DNA of 64,000 nt from an uncultured Eubacteriales bacterium (GCA_964354215.1 CAYGYT010000002.1:19595-83594); one strand, 5' to 3'. Shown: positions 46,674-56,611, counted from the stretch's first letter. A program made the numbers and translations. Notes: generated by a model not told the origin, from the letters alone.

Positions 46674-47987
46674 GTGAGTGACCTCTCCTTTGAGGAGCTG
46701 ATCGAGATCAAGCGGGATGGCGGGACTCACACCGCTGATCAGGTATGGCGGATCGTTCTCGACTACGCACGCGGGGGCGTTCCGGACTATCAGATGGCCG
46801 CATGGCTCATGGCTGCCTACATCAACGGGCTCGATGCCGATGAGACCGTCTGGCTCACGGATGCGATGGTCCGGTCGGGTAGGGTTCTCGATCTCTCGGC
46901 GATCCCGGGTGTGAAGGTGGACAAGCACTCGACGGGGGGCGTGGCCGACACCACCACTCTCGTTCTCGCCCCCTTGGTCGCCGCCTGTGGCGTGCCCGTT
47001 GCCAAGATGAGCGGGCGGGGTCTTGGCCACACGGGCGGCACGCTCGACAAGCTGGAGTCGATCCCCGGGTTCTCGATCGAGCTCACGCCAGAGGCCTTTG
47101 TCGAACAAGTTCGCCGTGTGGGCGTTGCCGTGATCGCCCAGAGCCCCGATATCGATCCGGCCGACAAGAAGATGTACGCGCTGCGCGACGTCACCGCAAC
47201 GGTTCCCTCAATCCCGCTGATCGTCGGCTCCATCATCTCGAAGAAGATCGCCGGCGGGGCCGACGCCATCGTACTCGACGTTAAAGTCGGCTCAGGGGCC
47301 TTCATGAAGACCGAGGCCGATGCGCGCGCGCTCGCGTCGGAACTCACGCGCGTCGGCCACGCGCTCGGCCGCGACGTGGTCTGCTTCATGACCGACATGG
47401 ACCAACCGCTCGGCATGGCTGTCGGAAACGCTCTCGAGGTCGCCGAGGCGGTCCAGACCCTGCGCTCTGAGGGGCCAGGGGCCCTTACAGAACTCTGCCT
47501 GGTTCTCGGCGCCCGGATGCTGGTTCTCGGCCGGGTCGCGGCAAACGACGGGGCCGCCCGACGGATGCTCGAAGACGCGCTCTCGAGCGGGCGCGCACTC
47601 GCGAAGTTCGCTGAGTGGGTCGAGGCACAGGGTGGCGACCCTGGTGTCGCGCGAGACACGAGCCTGCTGCCCCGCGCCCCGCGCTCACGCGACGTCGGAT
47701 TGGCCGACGCCGGTTTCGTCACCGGGTTCGACGCCGAGGGGATCGGGCGGGCAGCGCTGCTCCTCGGAGCCGGCCGGGTCTCGAAGGACGACTCGATCGA
47801 CCCCGGTGCGGGACTCCTCCTCGACGTGCGGAGGGGCGACCGGGTCGCCTGTGGAGATCGTCTGGCGACGCTCTACGCCGCCTCGGAAGAGCAACTTGAC
47901 GCTGCCGAGGAGCGCCTTCTCGCGTCGGTAGTGGTCGGCGACACGCCGCCCGGGCATCGTCCGCTTGCGCGCGAACTGGGGCTCTGA
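46674..47987 (+). CDS. pdp: Pyrimidine-nucleoside/thymidine phosphorylase
   Basis: IKRDG, DYQMAAWLMA, VDKHSTGGV, KMSGRGLGHTGGTLDKLESIPG, YALRDVTATV, VLDVKVGSGAFMK. Confidence 0.96.
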   Translation: MSDLSFEELIEIKRDGGTHTADQVWRIVLDYARGGVPDYQMAAWLMAAYINGLDADETVWLTDAMVRSGRVLDLSAIPGVKVDKHSTGGVADTTTLVLAPLVAACGVPVAKMSGRGLGHTGGTLDKLESIPGFSIELTPEAFVEQVRRVGVAVIAQSPDIDPADKKMYALRDVTATVPSIPLIVGSIISKKIAGGADAIVLDVKVGSGAFMKTEADARALASELTRVGHALGRDVVCFMTDMDQPLGMAVGNALEVAEAVQTLRSEGPGALTELCLVLGARMLVLGRVAANDGAARRMLEDALSSGRALAKFAEWVEAQGGDPGVARDTSLLPRAPRSRDVGLADAGFVTGFDAEGIGRAALLLGAGRVSKDDSIDPGAGLLLDVRRGDRVACGDRLATLYAASEEQLDAAEERLLASVVVGDTPPGHRPLARELGL

Positions 47988-47992
47988 GCGCT

Positions 47993-50620
47993 GTGCAGCT
48001 CGCAGTCGGACACGCGAACCCCGACTTCGACGCGTACGCCGCGACCGTGGCAGCGACCAAGCTGTTCCCGGGGATGCGCGGTGTCTTCCTCGGCACGCAG
48101 AACCCGAACGTGCGGTCGTTCCACAATCTGCATGAGGACTTCCTCGACTTCGTGGACCTCAAGGGCCTCGAGCTCGACGACGTCGAGCGCCTCGTGATGG
48201 TGGACACGCGCGACGCCGGGCGCATCGGCGAGCTCGGTGAGGTGGCGCTCCGTGCCGGCGTCGAGGTGATCGTCTACGACCATCACCCGCCAGCTGAGGG
48301 TGACCTTGCCGGCATCGACGACCGCAGCCTCGATGTAGGCGCCACGACATCGATCCTTGTCCACGAGCTTCACCGCCGAGGTATCCCGCTCACCCCCCTC
48401 GAGGCGAGCGTCATGCTCTTGGGTATCCACGAAGACACCGGATCGCTCACATATCCGGGCTCGACGGCGTACGACGCGCAGGCGGCTTCGTACCTGATGG
48501 CGGCGGGCGCTGACATCGAGGTCGTGAACCAGTTTCTGACCCGCACCCTCGACCCCACGCAGCGTATGCTCCTCGACGCACTCACCGAGCACCTGGAGGT
48601 GTGGGACGTCAACGGCCAGCAAGTCGCAGTGGGCTGGGCGCAAGCCGACGACTACGTCGATTCGGCGAGCGTGCTTACGCACTACGTGGTCGAAGACATG
48701 GGCTATCGGGTCGCCATCGGCATCGTCTCCATGCCTGAGCGGACGCAGGTGGTCGCGCGAAGCCGCCTCGCCGAGGTAGATGTCGGAGCGGTGATGACCC
48801 GGATCGGCGGGGGAGGCCACGCTCAAGCCGCTTCTGCGGCGTTTCGGAGCATCACAATCGAGGAGGCGCGCGACAAGATCAGGGCAGCGCTCGAGGCGGA
48901 AGTGCGCCCGCCTTTGCGCGCGGGAGACATCGCGTCGCGGCCCGTTCGCACGGTCTCGCCGGACGAGAGCATGCGCGAAGCCGGAGAGCTTATGGCGACG
49001 TGGGGGCACGGAGGCCTGCCCGTCCTCGAGAAGGGACGCCTCGCGGGCCTCGTGACGCGGAAGGACGTCGACAAGGCGGTGCGACATGGGCTCGCGCACG
49101 CACCTGTGAAGGGCTTCATGACTCGGGATCCCGTCACCGTTGCGCCGGACCTCGATCTGTTTGCCCTCGAGCGCTTGCTCGCCAAGGCCGGAATCGGGCG
49201 TGTGCCGGTGGTTGAGGGAGACACACTCGTGGGCATCGTGACACGCAAGGACCTCCTGCGTGCCGAACACGGAGACGACTATCTCGATCGGCGACTCCCA
49301 CACGCTCGGATCGAATCGACCACGCGCTTCCTGTCGTCGGTGGATTCACTGCTCCCACCCGAGGCGGTCGGCGCGCTGCGGCGCCTGGGAGCGCTTGCGG
49401 ACGAGCACGGTCTTCGTGCCCATGTTGTAGGCGGGTTCGTGCGTGACATGCTGCTCGGTCGCCGCAACCTCGACATGGATGTCGTTGTCGAGGGCGATGG
49501 AGTCCGGTTCGCCGAGGCTGCAGCCGCTACGCTGGCGGGACGCGTGAAGGTACATCGACGGTTCGGTACCGCGGTGCTCGTGCTCTCTCGCACGCTGCAC
49601 GTCGACATCACGAGCGCCCGCACCGAATACTACACGCGGCCCGGTGCTCTCCCGACCGTCGAGCGGTCCTCGCTCAGACAGGACCTCTTCCGGCGGGACT
49701 TCACGCTCAACGCCATGGCCGCGTGCATCAACCCCGAGTGCTTCGGCGCGATCGCGGATCCCTTCGGCGGTCTACGGGATCTTGAGCGCGGTACGCTGCG
49801 AGTACTCCACTCTCTCTCGTTCGTCGAAGACCCGACGCGGGTACTTCGCGCCGCCCGATTCGAGCGGCGCTACGGCTTCACCCTCGATTCGGCTTCCGAG
49901 GACCTCGCTCGGCGGGCGGTCGAGATGGAGATGCTCGACGAGGTGTCGGGCGCGCGGATCCGCGAGGAGATGCTCGACATCCTCGATGAGGATTCGCCGT
50001 CATTGGTCTTCGAGCGCCTGGCTGAACTCGGCGCCCTCGACGTGCTGCTGCCGGAAAGCGTGAGCGCCTCGGGGGCGGTGCGACGGCTCTCGGCAACTGA
50101 GAGCGCGTATCGCAAGCTGGCTCCGCTGTTCTCGCGGACTCCCCGCCGCCGCGTGGTGCTCGTCGCAGCGGTCGCATCGGCTGCACACCGTGCCGATGCA
50201 GAACGCTGGCTTAGGCACTTTCGTTTCGGCCGCGAGTACGGCGAGCCCGCGCTTGCCACCTCGTCTCGTGCCGAGGCCACGCTCGTCGCTCTCAAGAGCC
50301 GGCGCAAGATGCGGGATAGCCGACTCTACAGTCTGCTCGAACACCTGCCCGACGAAGCCGTCCTCGTCGTCTGGGCGCTCGGCACCCCGACGGCTCGGGA
50401 TCGGATCGAGCGCTTCGTGACCGAGCTTGCCAAGATCAAGCCGGCGGTGACCGGCGCGGACCTCATCGAGATGGGCTACGAACCGTCCGAGGCGTTCTCG
50501 ACTATACTGGCCCGAGCCCGGTACGACCGATTGGACGGACGGGTGATCGGCCGAGAGGCTGAGCTCGCGAACCTTCGCCGACTCGCGAAGGTGGCGCACC
50601 TCGAGCCCAACGCAAGCTAG
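47993..50620 (+). CDS. cca: DHH-CBS-CBS-tRNA nucleotidyltransferase (A-adding/CCA-type fusion)
   Basis: HANPDFD, YDHH, GIHEDTG, GGGH; two CBS repeats; VGGFVRD..DMD, RRDFTLNAMA, FVEDPTRVLRAARF. Confidence 0.9.
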   Translation: MQLAVGHANPDFDAYAATVAATKLFPGMRGVFLGTQNPNVRSFHNLHEDFLDFVDLKGLELDDVERLVMVDTRDAGRIGELGEVALRAGVEVIVYDHHPPAEGDLAGIDDRSLDVGATTSILVHELHRRGIPLTPLEASVMLLGIHEDTGSLTYPGSTAYDAQAASYLMAAGADIEVVNQFLTRTLDPTQRMLLDALTEHLEVWDVNGQQVAVGWAQADDYVDSASVLTHYVVEDMGYRVAIGIVSMPERTQVVARSRLAEVDVGAVMTRIGGGGHAQAASAAFRSITIEEARDKIRAALEAEVRPPLRAGDIASRPVRTVSPDESMREAGELMATWGHGGLPVLEKGRLAGLVTRKDVDKAVRHGLAHAPVKGFMTRDPVTVAPDLDLFALERLLAKAGIGRVPVVEGDTLVGIVTRKDLLRAEHGDDYLDRRLPHARIESTTRFLSSVDSLLPPEAVGALRRLGALADEHGLRAHVVGGFVRDMLLGRRNLDMDVVVEGDGVRFAEAAAATLAGRVKVHRRFGTAVLVLSRTLHVDITSARTEYYTRPGALPTVERSSLRQDLFRRDFTLNAMAACINPECFGAIADPFGGLRDLERGTLRVLHSLSFVEDPTRVLRAARFERRYGFTLDSASEDLARRAVEMEMLDEVSGARIREEMLDILDEDSPSLVFERLAELGALDVLLPESVSASGAVRRLSATESAYRKLAPLFSRTPRRRVVLVAAVASAAHRADAERWLRHFRFGREYGEPALATSSRAEATLVALKSRRKMRDSRLYSLLEHLPDEAVLVVWALGTPTARDRIERFVTELAKIKPAVTGADLIEMGYEPSEAFSTILARARYDRLDGRVIGREAELANLRRLAKVAHLEPNAS

Positions 50621-50669
50621 AGAACTCCCTTCGACGCCACCTGCGCCGCTTCTCACTGAAAGGCCGCTC

Positions 50670-51308
50670 GTGAACTACACCCTCATGGCCATCCAGTTCG
50701 CGTTGCTCCTGCCCGCGATCGTCATACACGAGGTGTCACACGGCTGGGTGGCCTACCTGCTCGGCGATCCCACGGCCAAGGATCGCGGGCGCCTGTCGGC
50801 GAACCCTCTCCGCCACATCGACCCGTGGGGTACGCTCCTGCTCCCTGCGTTACTCCTTGCGTTCTCTGGAGGAAGGGCGGCGTTCGGGTACGCAAAGCCG
50901 GTTCCCATCAATCCGCATAACTTCAAGGACTACCGCCGAGGGATGTTCCTCACGGGAATCGCCGGACCGACATCGAACCTACTCCTTGCGCTCGTCGCAG
51001 GTCTGGCGGTGCGCATGTTCGGCCTCACGAGCTGGGTGATGCTTGGCATCTACTACTTCACACTCGTGAATCTCACGCTGCTCTTCTTCAACCTCATCCC
51101 GATCCCGCCACTGGACGGGTCGCGCGTGTTGCCCCTGTTCCTGTCCGACCGCGCGATGCAGACGTATCACCAGGCCGAACAGTACGGGTTCGTCATTTTG
51201 CTCGCCGTGCTCTGGATTGTGCCGAGTGTCTTTCACGTCGACCCGATCGGCGTGTATCTCGGAGCCACCGTCGAACGGCTTATGCCGCTTCTCACGGGAG
51301 TGAGCTGA
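50670..51308 (+). CDS. Site-2 protease family (M50) protein
   Basis: HEVSHG, NPLRHIDP, GYAKPVPINP, AGPTSN, FNLIPIPPLDG. Confidence 0.93.
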   Translation: MNYTLMAIQFALLLPAIVIHEVSHGWVAYLLGDPTAKDRGRLSANPLRHIDPWGTLLLPALLLAFSGGRAAFGYAKPVPINPHNFKDYRRGMFLTGIAGPTSNLLLALVAGLAVRMFGLTSWVMLGIYYFTLVNLTLLFFNLIPIPPLDGSRVLPLFLSDRAMQTYHQAEQYGFVILLAVLWIVPSVFHVDPIGVYLGATVERLMPLLTGVS

Positions 51309-51355
51309 CGAGCGCAACTCCCCCGTGCTGCTGTCGTCCTCCCGCCCGTTCGCCT

Positions 51356-51384
51356 GTGACGAACCGCCCGCGGAAGGGTATCTT
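51356..51384 (+). promoter_or_regulatory. SigA-like promoter GTGACG-N17-TATCTT for the 51412 gene
   Basis: Hexamer spacing of 17 nt in the intergenic gap. Confidence 0.45.
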
Positions 51385-51411
51385 CATTGGCAGCAGCTGG
51401 AAGGGGGAGCC

Positions 51412-52218
51412 ATGCGCCGGTCCGTGAGATTCGCGTTGTGCGGTTTCGTCGTCCTCATGGTCATCGCAACGGTGGTGGTGCCGTCCGTCGGTGTGGCCCA
51501 AGAGACCACCGCTACCACGACGGCCAGTACCGGCGGCACAGACGTGGGAGGTGTCTACGGATACACGGGAGTCACCGGTAGCGGCAAGAAGAGGGGCGGT
51601 ACGGCGACGATCATCGACTACGGAGACTACATCTCCATCAGCACGACGGTCCGCAACATAGCGGCAGTGGGAAACGTGCCGGTCAACGTACGCGGCGACA
51701 AGGTGGTAATCGAGCCGGGCCGCGTGACAGTGCACATTTCAGATGACATTTCCATCGGCAGTGGCGTCGGCGAACTGACGTTCAGGAAGAAGGGCAACCG
51801 GTGGGCCGTGAGAGGGGCAGGCCAAGGAGAGGCACTGGGCGCGAAGGGAACCGTCACCGTGACGGGTTTCAGTCACAGCGGCTCCTGGAAGCCCACGGAC
51901 CCGCCACCGGAAGCCTCGCCGCTCGTCAAGATCTTCAACCGGGTGCTGAGCGCAGTGACTCCGTCGAAGCCGCAGCCGAGCCCCGACGCCGTCAAGATGA
52001 TGGCCACGGTGTTCGCCATCATGTTCGCGATGGCGATGATGGCCGTGGAGACGGCTGTGTTCGGTTCAGCTGCAACAGGTGCCTCTGCGTCCGGCACGTC
52101 CGGCGCACCTCCGGGGCCCGGGTCGGCACCTCCTGCCAGCCCGAAGCAGCCGATGTCACCATCACCGGCTCAGGCGGCGCAGCCCGAAGAGGGCAGCCCC
52201 GCAGGATCGCCGGACTAG
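51412..52218 (+). CDS. Hypothetical exported, membrane-anchored protein
   Basis: Signal peptide (MRRSVRF...VGVA|QE), Thr-rich linker, Gly/beta-rich domain, one TM segment, Pro-rich tail; ATG after GGGGGAG. Confidence 0.75.
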   Translation: MRRSVRFALCGFVVLMVIATVVVPSVGVAQETTATTTASTGGTDVGGVYGYTGVTGSGKKRGGTATIIDYGDYISISTTVRNIAAVGNVPVNVRGDKVVIEPGRVTVHISDDISIGSGVGELTFRKKGNRWAVRGAGQGEALGAKGTVTVTGFSHSGSWKPTDPPPEASPLVKIFNRVLSAVTPSKPQPSPDAVKMMATVFAIMFAMAMMAVETAVFGSAATGASASGTSGAPPGPGSAPPASPKQPMSPSPAQAAQPEEGSPAGSPD

Positions 52219-52228
52219 GAGGTGTGAG

Positions 52229-52696
52229 GTGGACGTCTTCACGTGGATGAAGGTCGGCGCTCTGGTACTCGTCGTCCTGCTGGAACTGGTGTTCCTTCTG
52301 GTGCAGTCTCGCGCACGGCGGTACTCGAAGGGCGCGGAGATTGCGCGGGCCGTAGTGGCAGTCCTGGCATTCGCCGGCGTCCTCTGGGTGACCGGCGCGC
52401 GCATCTCCATCGTCTGGTCGGTCACGGCCGCCGTCATAGGACTCGCACTCGGATACCTGAGCGGGTCGACCTCGAAGTACTTCGACTCGGCCAAAGGCAA
52501 AGCCATCAAGGCCTCCATGTGGCCGGCGGTCGTGACCGTTCTCGGCTACACGCTGGTCATGGCCGCCACGCTGTTCGGGACCAACGTCATCGTGTCGGCC
52601 TTCATGCTCGTAGCGCTGCTCGGGACTTGCATGACGGTCGGCGCCTCGATCGCCGAGGCAATGCGCGGGGGTTCGGCGGTAGCGGCAGCCGCCTAG
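52229..52696 (+). CDS. Hypothetical membrane protein (about 5 TM)
   Basis: GTG after AGGAGG; five hydrophobic segments; no family recognised. Confidence 0.7.
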   Translation: MDVFTWMKVGALVLVVLLELVFLLVQSRARRYSKGAEIARAVVAVLAFAGVLWVTGARISIVWSVTAAVIGLALGYLSGSTSKYFDSAKGKAIKASMWPAVVTVLGYTLVMAATLFGTNVIVSAFMLVALLGTCMTVGASIAEAMRGGSAVAAAA

Positions 52697-52817
52697 GAGC
52701 GCGGTATCCGGAACTCTCGCCGTGCGCGCGCCTCGGGATGCGCGCCGCCGTGCGGTGCTCGAGCTATCCTGCGCTATCATGAACCGCACCTCGCCACCGA
52801 CCTCGGAGCGTCCTCGC

Positions 52818-53813
52818 ATGCCCAAGAAGCGCACCCTCACCGGCTACCGCCCGACCGGAAAGCTCCATCTCGGCCACTGGTTCGGCAACCTGCAGAACAT
52901 GCTCGAGCTTCAGCATGACTACGACGCCTACTACTTCATCGCCGACTGGCACGCCCTCACGAGCGACTGGGCAGACACGTCGCTCATTCGGCAGTACACC
53001 GAAGAGATGGTGCTCGACTGGGTGGCCGCAGGACTCGATCCGAAGGTCTGTACGATCTATCGCCAGTCGGATGTACCCGAGGTCGCCGAGCTCGCACTGT
53101 ACTTCTCGATGGTGACGCCGATGCCCTGGCTCGAGCGCGTGCCGTCGTACAAGGAGCAGCGTGACCAGATTACCGACAAGGACCTCGGGAACGTCGGCTT
53201 CTTCCTCTACCCGCTCCTTCAGGCGGCCGACATCGCGATCGTGCTCGCCGATGCGGTGCCGGTGGGCGAGGACCAACTTCCACACCTCGAGCTCACTCGC
53301 GAGATCGTGAGACGCTTCAACAACACGTTCGGGGACTACCTCGTGGAGCCCCAGGCGATCGTGCCCAAGGAAGGCTCCCGAGTGCCGGGCACCGACGGCC
53401 GCAAGATGAGCAAGTCGTACGGGAACGCGATCTTCATCTCCGACCCGCCGGAAGAGATCCGCGCCAAGGTATCGGCCATGCTCACCGACCCGGCACGCAA
53501 GCTCAAGACCGATCCGGGCGACCCCGACATCTGCCCCCTCCACCAGATCCACAGGCTCATCGGCGATCCTGCCGATGTCGCGGAGTTCGACCGCTGCTGC
53601 CGTGTTGCGGAATGCGGCTGCGTTGCGCACAAGAAGAAGCTCGCCGAGGACCTCGTCGCGTATCTGGCAGTCTTCCAGGCCCGTCGCGCGGAGCTTGCGG
53701 CACGGCCCGGCTTCGCATGGGAGGTGCTCGCCGGAGGCGCCGAGAAGGCGCGGCCGGTGACCACCGAGGTTGCAGAGACCTGCCGCAGACTCGTCCGGAT
53801 CGACGAGGCGTAG
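52818..53813 (+). CDS. trpS: Tryptophan--tRNA ligase
   Basis: TGYRPTGKLHLGH (HIGH), YPLLQAADI, VPVGEDQLPHLE, KMSKS. Confidence 0.97.
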   Translation: MPKKRTLTGYRPTGKLHLGHWFGNLQNMLELQHDYDAYYFIADWHALTSDWADTSLIRQYTEEMVLDWVAAGLDPKVCTIYRQSDVPEVAELALYFSMVTPMPWLERVPSYKEQRDQITDKDLGNVGFFLYPLLQAADIAIVLADAVPVGEDQLPHLELTREIVRRFNNTFGDYLVEPQAIVPKEGSRVPGTDGRKMSKSYGNAIFISDPPEEIRAKVSAMLTDPARKLKTDPGDPDICPLHQIHRLIGDPADVAEFDRCCRVAECGCVAHKKKLAEDLVAYLAVFQARRAELAARPGFAWEVLAGGAEKARPVTTEVAETCRRLVRIDEA

Positions 53814-53826
53814 GCGACCGCTCGCC

Positions 53827-54579
53827 GTGCCCACCTACACGGTCAAGACCGAGGTCTTCGAGGGACCGTTCGACCTGCTTCTTCACTTGGTTTCCAAGCA
53901 GAAGCTCGACATCGGCTCGATCTCGATATCCGAGATCGCCGACCAGTACCTCGAGCACCTCGACCGGATGCACGAGCTCGACCTCGACGTCGCGAGCGAC
54001 TTTCTGGTGCTCGCTGCAACCTTGCTCGAGATCAAGGCGGCGCGGCTCCTGCCCACGGAGGAAGCGTATATCGGGGACGAGCTCGACGACCTGTCGCCCG
54101 AGGAAGCGCGGGCGCTCCTCGTGGCGCGCTTGCTCGCCTACAAGCAGTTCAAGAACGTGGCGGGGGAGTTCTCAGCACGTCTCGAAGCGGAATCACACAT
54201 GCACCACCGGCAAGCAGGCTTGGAAGAGCCGTTCTTGAAGCTCATGCCGGACTATCTCGAAGGCCTGACCCTGCGGGGCCTTGCGGTGATCTGCGCCGAT
54301 CTACTGCATCGCCGCGAGAGGTTCCTGCTCGAGGCAGAACACGTGGCGAGCGTTCCCATTTCGCTGGAGCTGCACGCCGAGACCGTCACGAATGCGCTCA
54401 GGCGTACGAAGCGCACGACGTTTCGCGAGCTCGTAGGGAAGGAACCTACGCCCGAGCTCGTCGTCGTGACTCTCCTCGCAGTTCTCGACTTGTATCGACG
54501 AGCCGAGGCGGACCTCGAGCAGGAGGAACTCTTCGGCGACATCATCGTGACCCGATGCGACAAGGAGCGGTCAGCGTGA
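53827..54579 (+). CDS. scpA: Segregation and condensation protein A
   Basis: FEGPFDLLLHLV, ISISEIADQYL, ASDFLVLAATLLEIKAARLLP, VVTLLAVLDL. Confidence 0.95.
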   Translation: MPTYTVKTEVFEGPFDLLLHLVSKQKLDIGSISISEIADQYLEHLDRMHELDLDVASDFLVLAATLLEIKAARLLPTEEAYIGDELDDLSPEEARALLVARLLAYKQFKNVAGEFSARLEAESHMHHRQAGLEEPFLKLMPDYLEGLTLRGLAVICADLLHRRERFLLEAEHVASVPISLELHAETVTNALRRTKRTTFRELVGKEPTPELVVVTLLAVLDLYRRAEADLEQEELFGDIIVTRCDKERSA

Positions 54580-55202
54580 CCAAGGCAGCCCCATCATCCG
54601 CCCTTCGCGGCGCCATCGAGGCGCTCCTCTTCGTCTCCGACGAGCCCATCTCGGCCAGCCGCATCGCCAAGGTGCTCGATGCCAACGCATCCGATGTCGC
54701 AGCGCAGCTTGCCGCCCTCGCAGAGGAGTACCGGCAGGGCGAACGCGGCTTCCAGCTCAGGGAAGTCGCGGGCGGGTGGCGTTTCTACACCCATCCCGCC
54801 TATCACGACCAGATCGAGACGTTCGTGCTCTCCTGGGACACCCGCCGTCTGTCCCAGGCGGCACTTGAAGCGCTGGCGGTGATCGCCTACCACCAGCCCG
54901 TGACTCGCGCGGGCGTGAACGCGGTGCGTGGCGTGAACAGCGAGGCTGTTCTCGCCTCCCTCGTTGAGAAGGGCCTCGTGCGCGAGGCGGGCCGAGACAC
55001 GGAGCAAGCGAACGCCATCATCTACGGGACGACCAAGGCCTTCCTCGAGAAGTTCGGCTTGACGGACCTGAGCGACCTCCCGCCTTTGGAGGAGTTCGCA
55101 CCGGACGCAGAAACCGAGAATGCGATCCGCGACCGGCTCTCCGCCATTGAAGGCCCCTCGCTCTCCGACGGCGACGAGGACGACGTGGCCGAGGTCGACT
55201 AG
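54576..55202 (+). CDS. scpB: SMC-Scp complex subunit ScpB
   Basis: IEALLFVSDEP, LREVAGGWRFYT, LSQAALEALAVIAYHQPVTR, YGTTKAFLEKFGL. Confidence 0.96.
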   Translation: MTKAAPSSALRGAIEALLFVSDEPISASRIAKVLDANASDVAAQLAALAEEYRQGERGFQLREVAGGWRFYTHPAYHDQIETFVLSWDTRRLSQAALEALAVIAYHQPVTRAGVNAVRGVNSEAVLASLVEKGLVREAGRDTEQANAIIYGTTKAFLEKFGLTDLSDLPPLEEFAPDAETENAIRDRLSAIEGPSLSDGDEDDVAEVD

Positions 55203-55211
55203 GCGAGTACG

Positions 55212-55976
55212 ATGACCGCCGAACCAGATGCACCGGACCCTGACGTCGTGCCCATGCGACTCCAGAAGTTCCTCGCCCGCGCGGGCGTGGCCTCTCGGCG
55301 AGGAAGCGAGGACCTCATGACCGCGGGGCGTGTTGCGGTGAATGGCGTCGTGGTGTCGGAGCTCGGCGCGCGCGTGGATCCCACGCGCGATCGCGTCGAG
55401 GTCGACGGGGCCGCGGTCACACTCTCCTATGCTCCCGCGTACCTGGCGCTCAACAAACCCGCAGGCTACGTGACGACCATGAGCGACCCTCACGGCCGCT
55501 CGACCGTCGCTGAACTCGTGCCCACGGACGACTACCCCGGACTGTTTCCTATCGGGCGTCTCGATCTGGATACGACCGGCCTCTTGCTGTTCACAACCGA
55601 CGGCGAGCTCGGATTCCGGCTTCTGCACCCTCGGTTCCACGTCGAGAAGACGTACGACGTCGAGGCCGACGGCTGCATTGACGATCGATCGCTCATGGCG
55701 CTCCAGCACGGAGTTGAGCTCGAAGACGGCCTCACTGCACCGGCAAGGGTGCGACTGCTGGATTCGGCGGGGACATCCCACGTCGAGATCGCTATCCGCG
55801 AAGGGCGGAAACGGCAGGTGCGCAGGATGTTCTCGGCGGTCGGACACCCGGTAATCGCCCTTCACAGGGTCAAGTTCGGTCCGATCGACCTTGGGTCGCT
55901 TCAGGCGGGCAACGTGCGCCACCTCTCGGATGCAGAAGTTGCCGCGCTCAAGCATGCGGCGGGGACGGAGGGGTAG
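55212..55976 (+). CDS. rluB: 23S rRNA pseudouridine synthase (RluB/RsuA family)
   Basis: RLQKFLARAGVASRR S4 domain, LNKPAGY, GRLDLDTTGLLL, EGRKRQVRRM. Confidence 0.93.
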   Translation: MTAEPDAPDPDVVPMRLQKFLARAGVASRRGSEDLMTAGRVAVNGVVVSELGARVDPTRDRVEVDGAAVTLSYAPAYLALNKPAGYVTTMSDPHGRSTVAELVPTDDYPGLFPIGRLDLDTTGLLLFTTDGELGFRLLHPRFHVEKTYDVEADGCIDDRSLMALQHGVELEDGLTAPARVRLLDSAGTSHVEIAIREGRKRQVRRMFSAVGHPVIALHRVKFGPIDLGSLQAGNVRHLSDAEVAALKHAAGTEG

Positions 55977-56611
55977 TGGCACTCGTCGTCTTCACGGGCG
56001 GAGCGCGCAGCGGCAAGTCCGCGCTCGCCCAGGACCTCGCTCGTGTTCGCCGGCTCGACGGCGCACGAGTCGTCGTGGTCGTTTTCGGCGACGGGTCCCG
56101 CGACCGCGAGATGGCGCGCCGCATCGAGCGACACCGCAACGACCGTCCAGCTGATCTGCACGTCGTGGAGGCTTCCGACAGCCAGTCCTGGCTCGAGTCG
56201 ATCGCAGACGGCACAGTGGTGCTGGTGGACTGTCTGGGCACGCTCGTGACGCGTGCGCTTGACGAGGCGATGAGCGCCGGTGGTATCGACGTCGCGACTT
56301 CGGGGCCTTCTGACGCTGACGAGCTCTCCGAGAGCCTGGAGACCGACGTCGAGACCCGCGTTCGGAGCGTCGTTGACGTGCTCATCGCGCGGCTGGGCGA
56401 CACGATCGTCGTCACGAACGAGGTCGGCGACGGCGTCGTTCCTGCGTTCGCCTCCGGCCGGCTCTTTCGTGACGTGCTCGGCCGAGCGAATCGTCGCCTC
56501 GTGCAAGCGGCCGACGCGGCCTATCTGGTCGTCTGCGGCCGCGCCATCGAGCTCAGCGCGCTTCCCGTTGCGGCCAGCTGGCCCGAAGACGAGCTGTCAG
56601 GAGACGCATGA
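55976..56611 (+). CDS. cobU: Adenosylcobinamide kinase / cobinamide-phosphate guanylyltransferase
   Basis: GGARSGKS, DREMARRIERHR, LVDCL, VTNEVGDGVVP, RLFRDVLGRAN. Confidence 0.93.
   Translation: MALVVFTGGARSGKSALAQDLARVRRLDGARVVVVVFGDGSRDREMARRIERHRNDRPADLHVVEASDSQSWLESIADGTVVLVDCLGTLVTRALDEAMSAGGIDVATSGPSDADELSESLETDVETRVRSVVDVLIARLGDTIVVTNEVGDGVVPAFASGRLFRDVLGRANRRLVQAADAAYLVVCGRAIELSALPVAASWPEDELSGDA

Noticed and set aside
52697-52817. T-box upstream of trpS
   Set aside because: No GGTGGNACC motif; the gap holds only a TATCAT -10 and a short leader.
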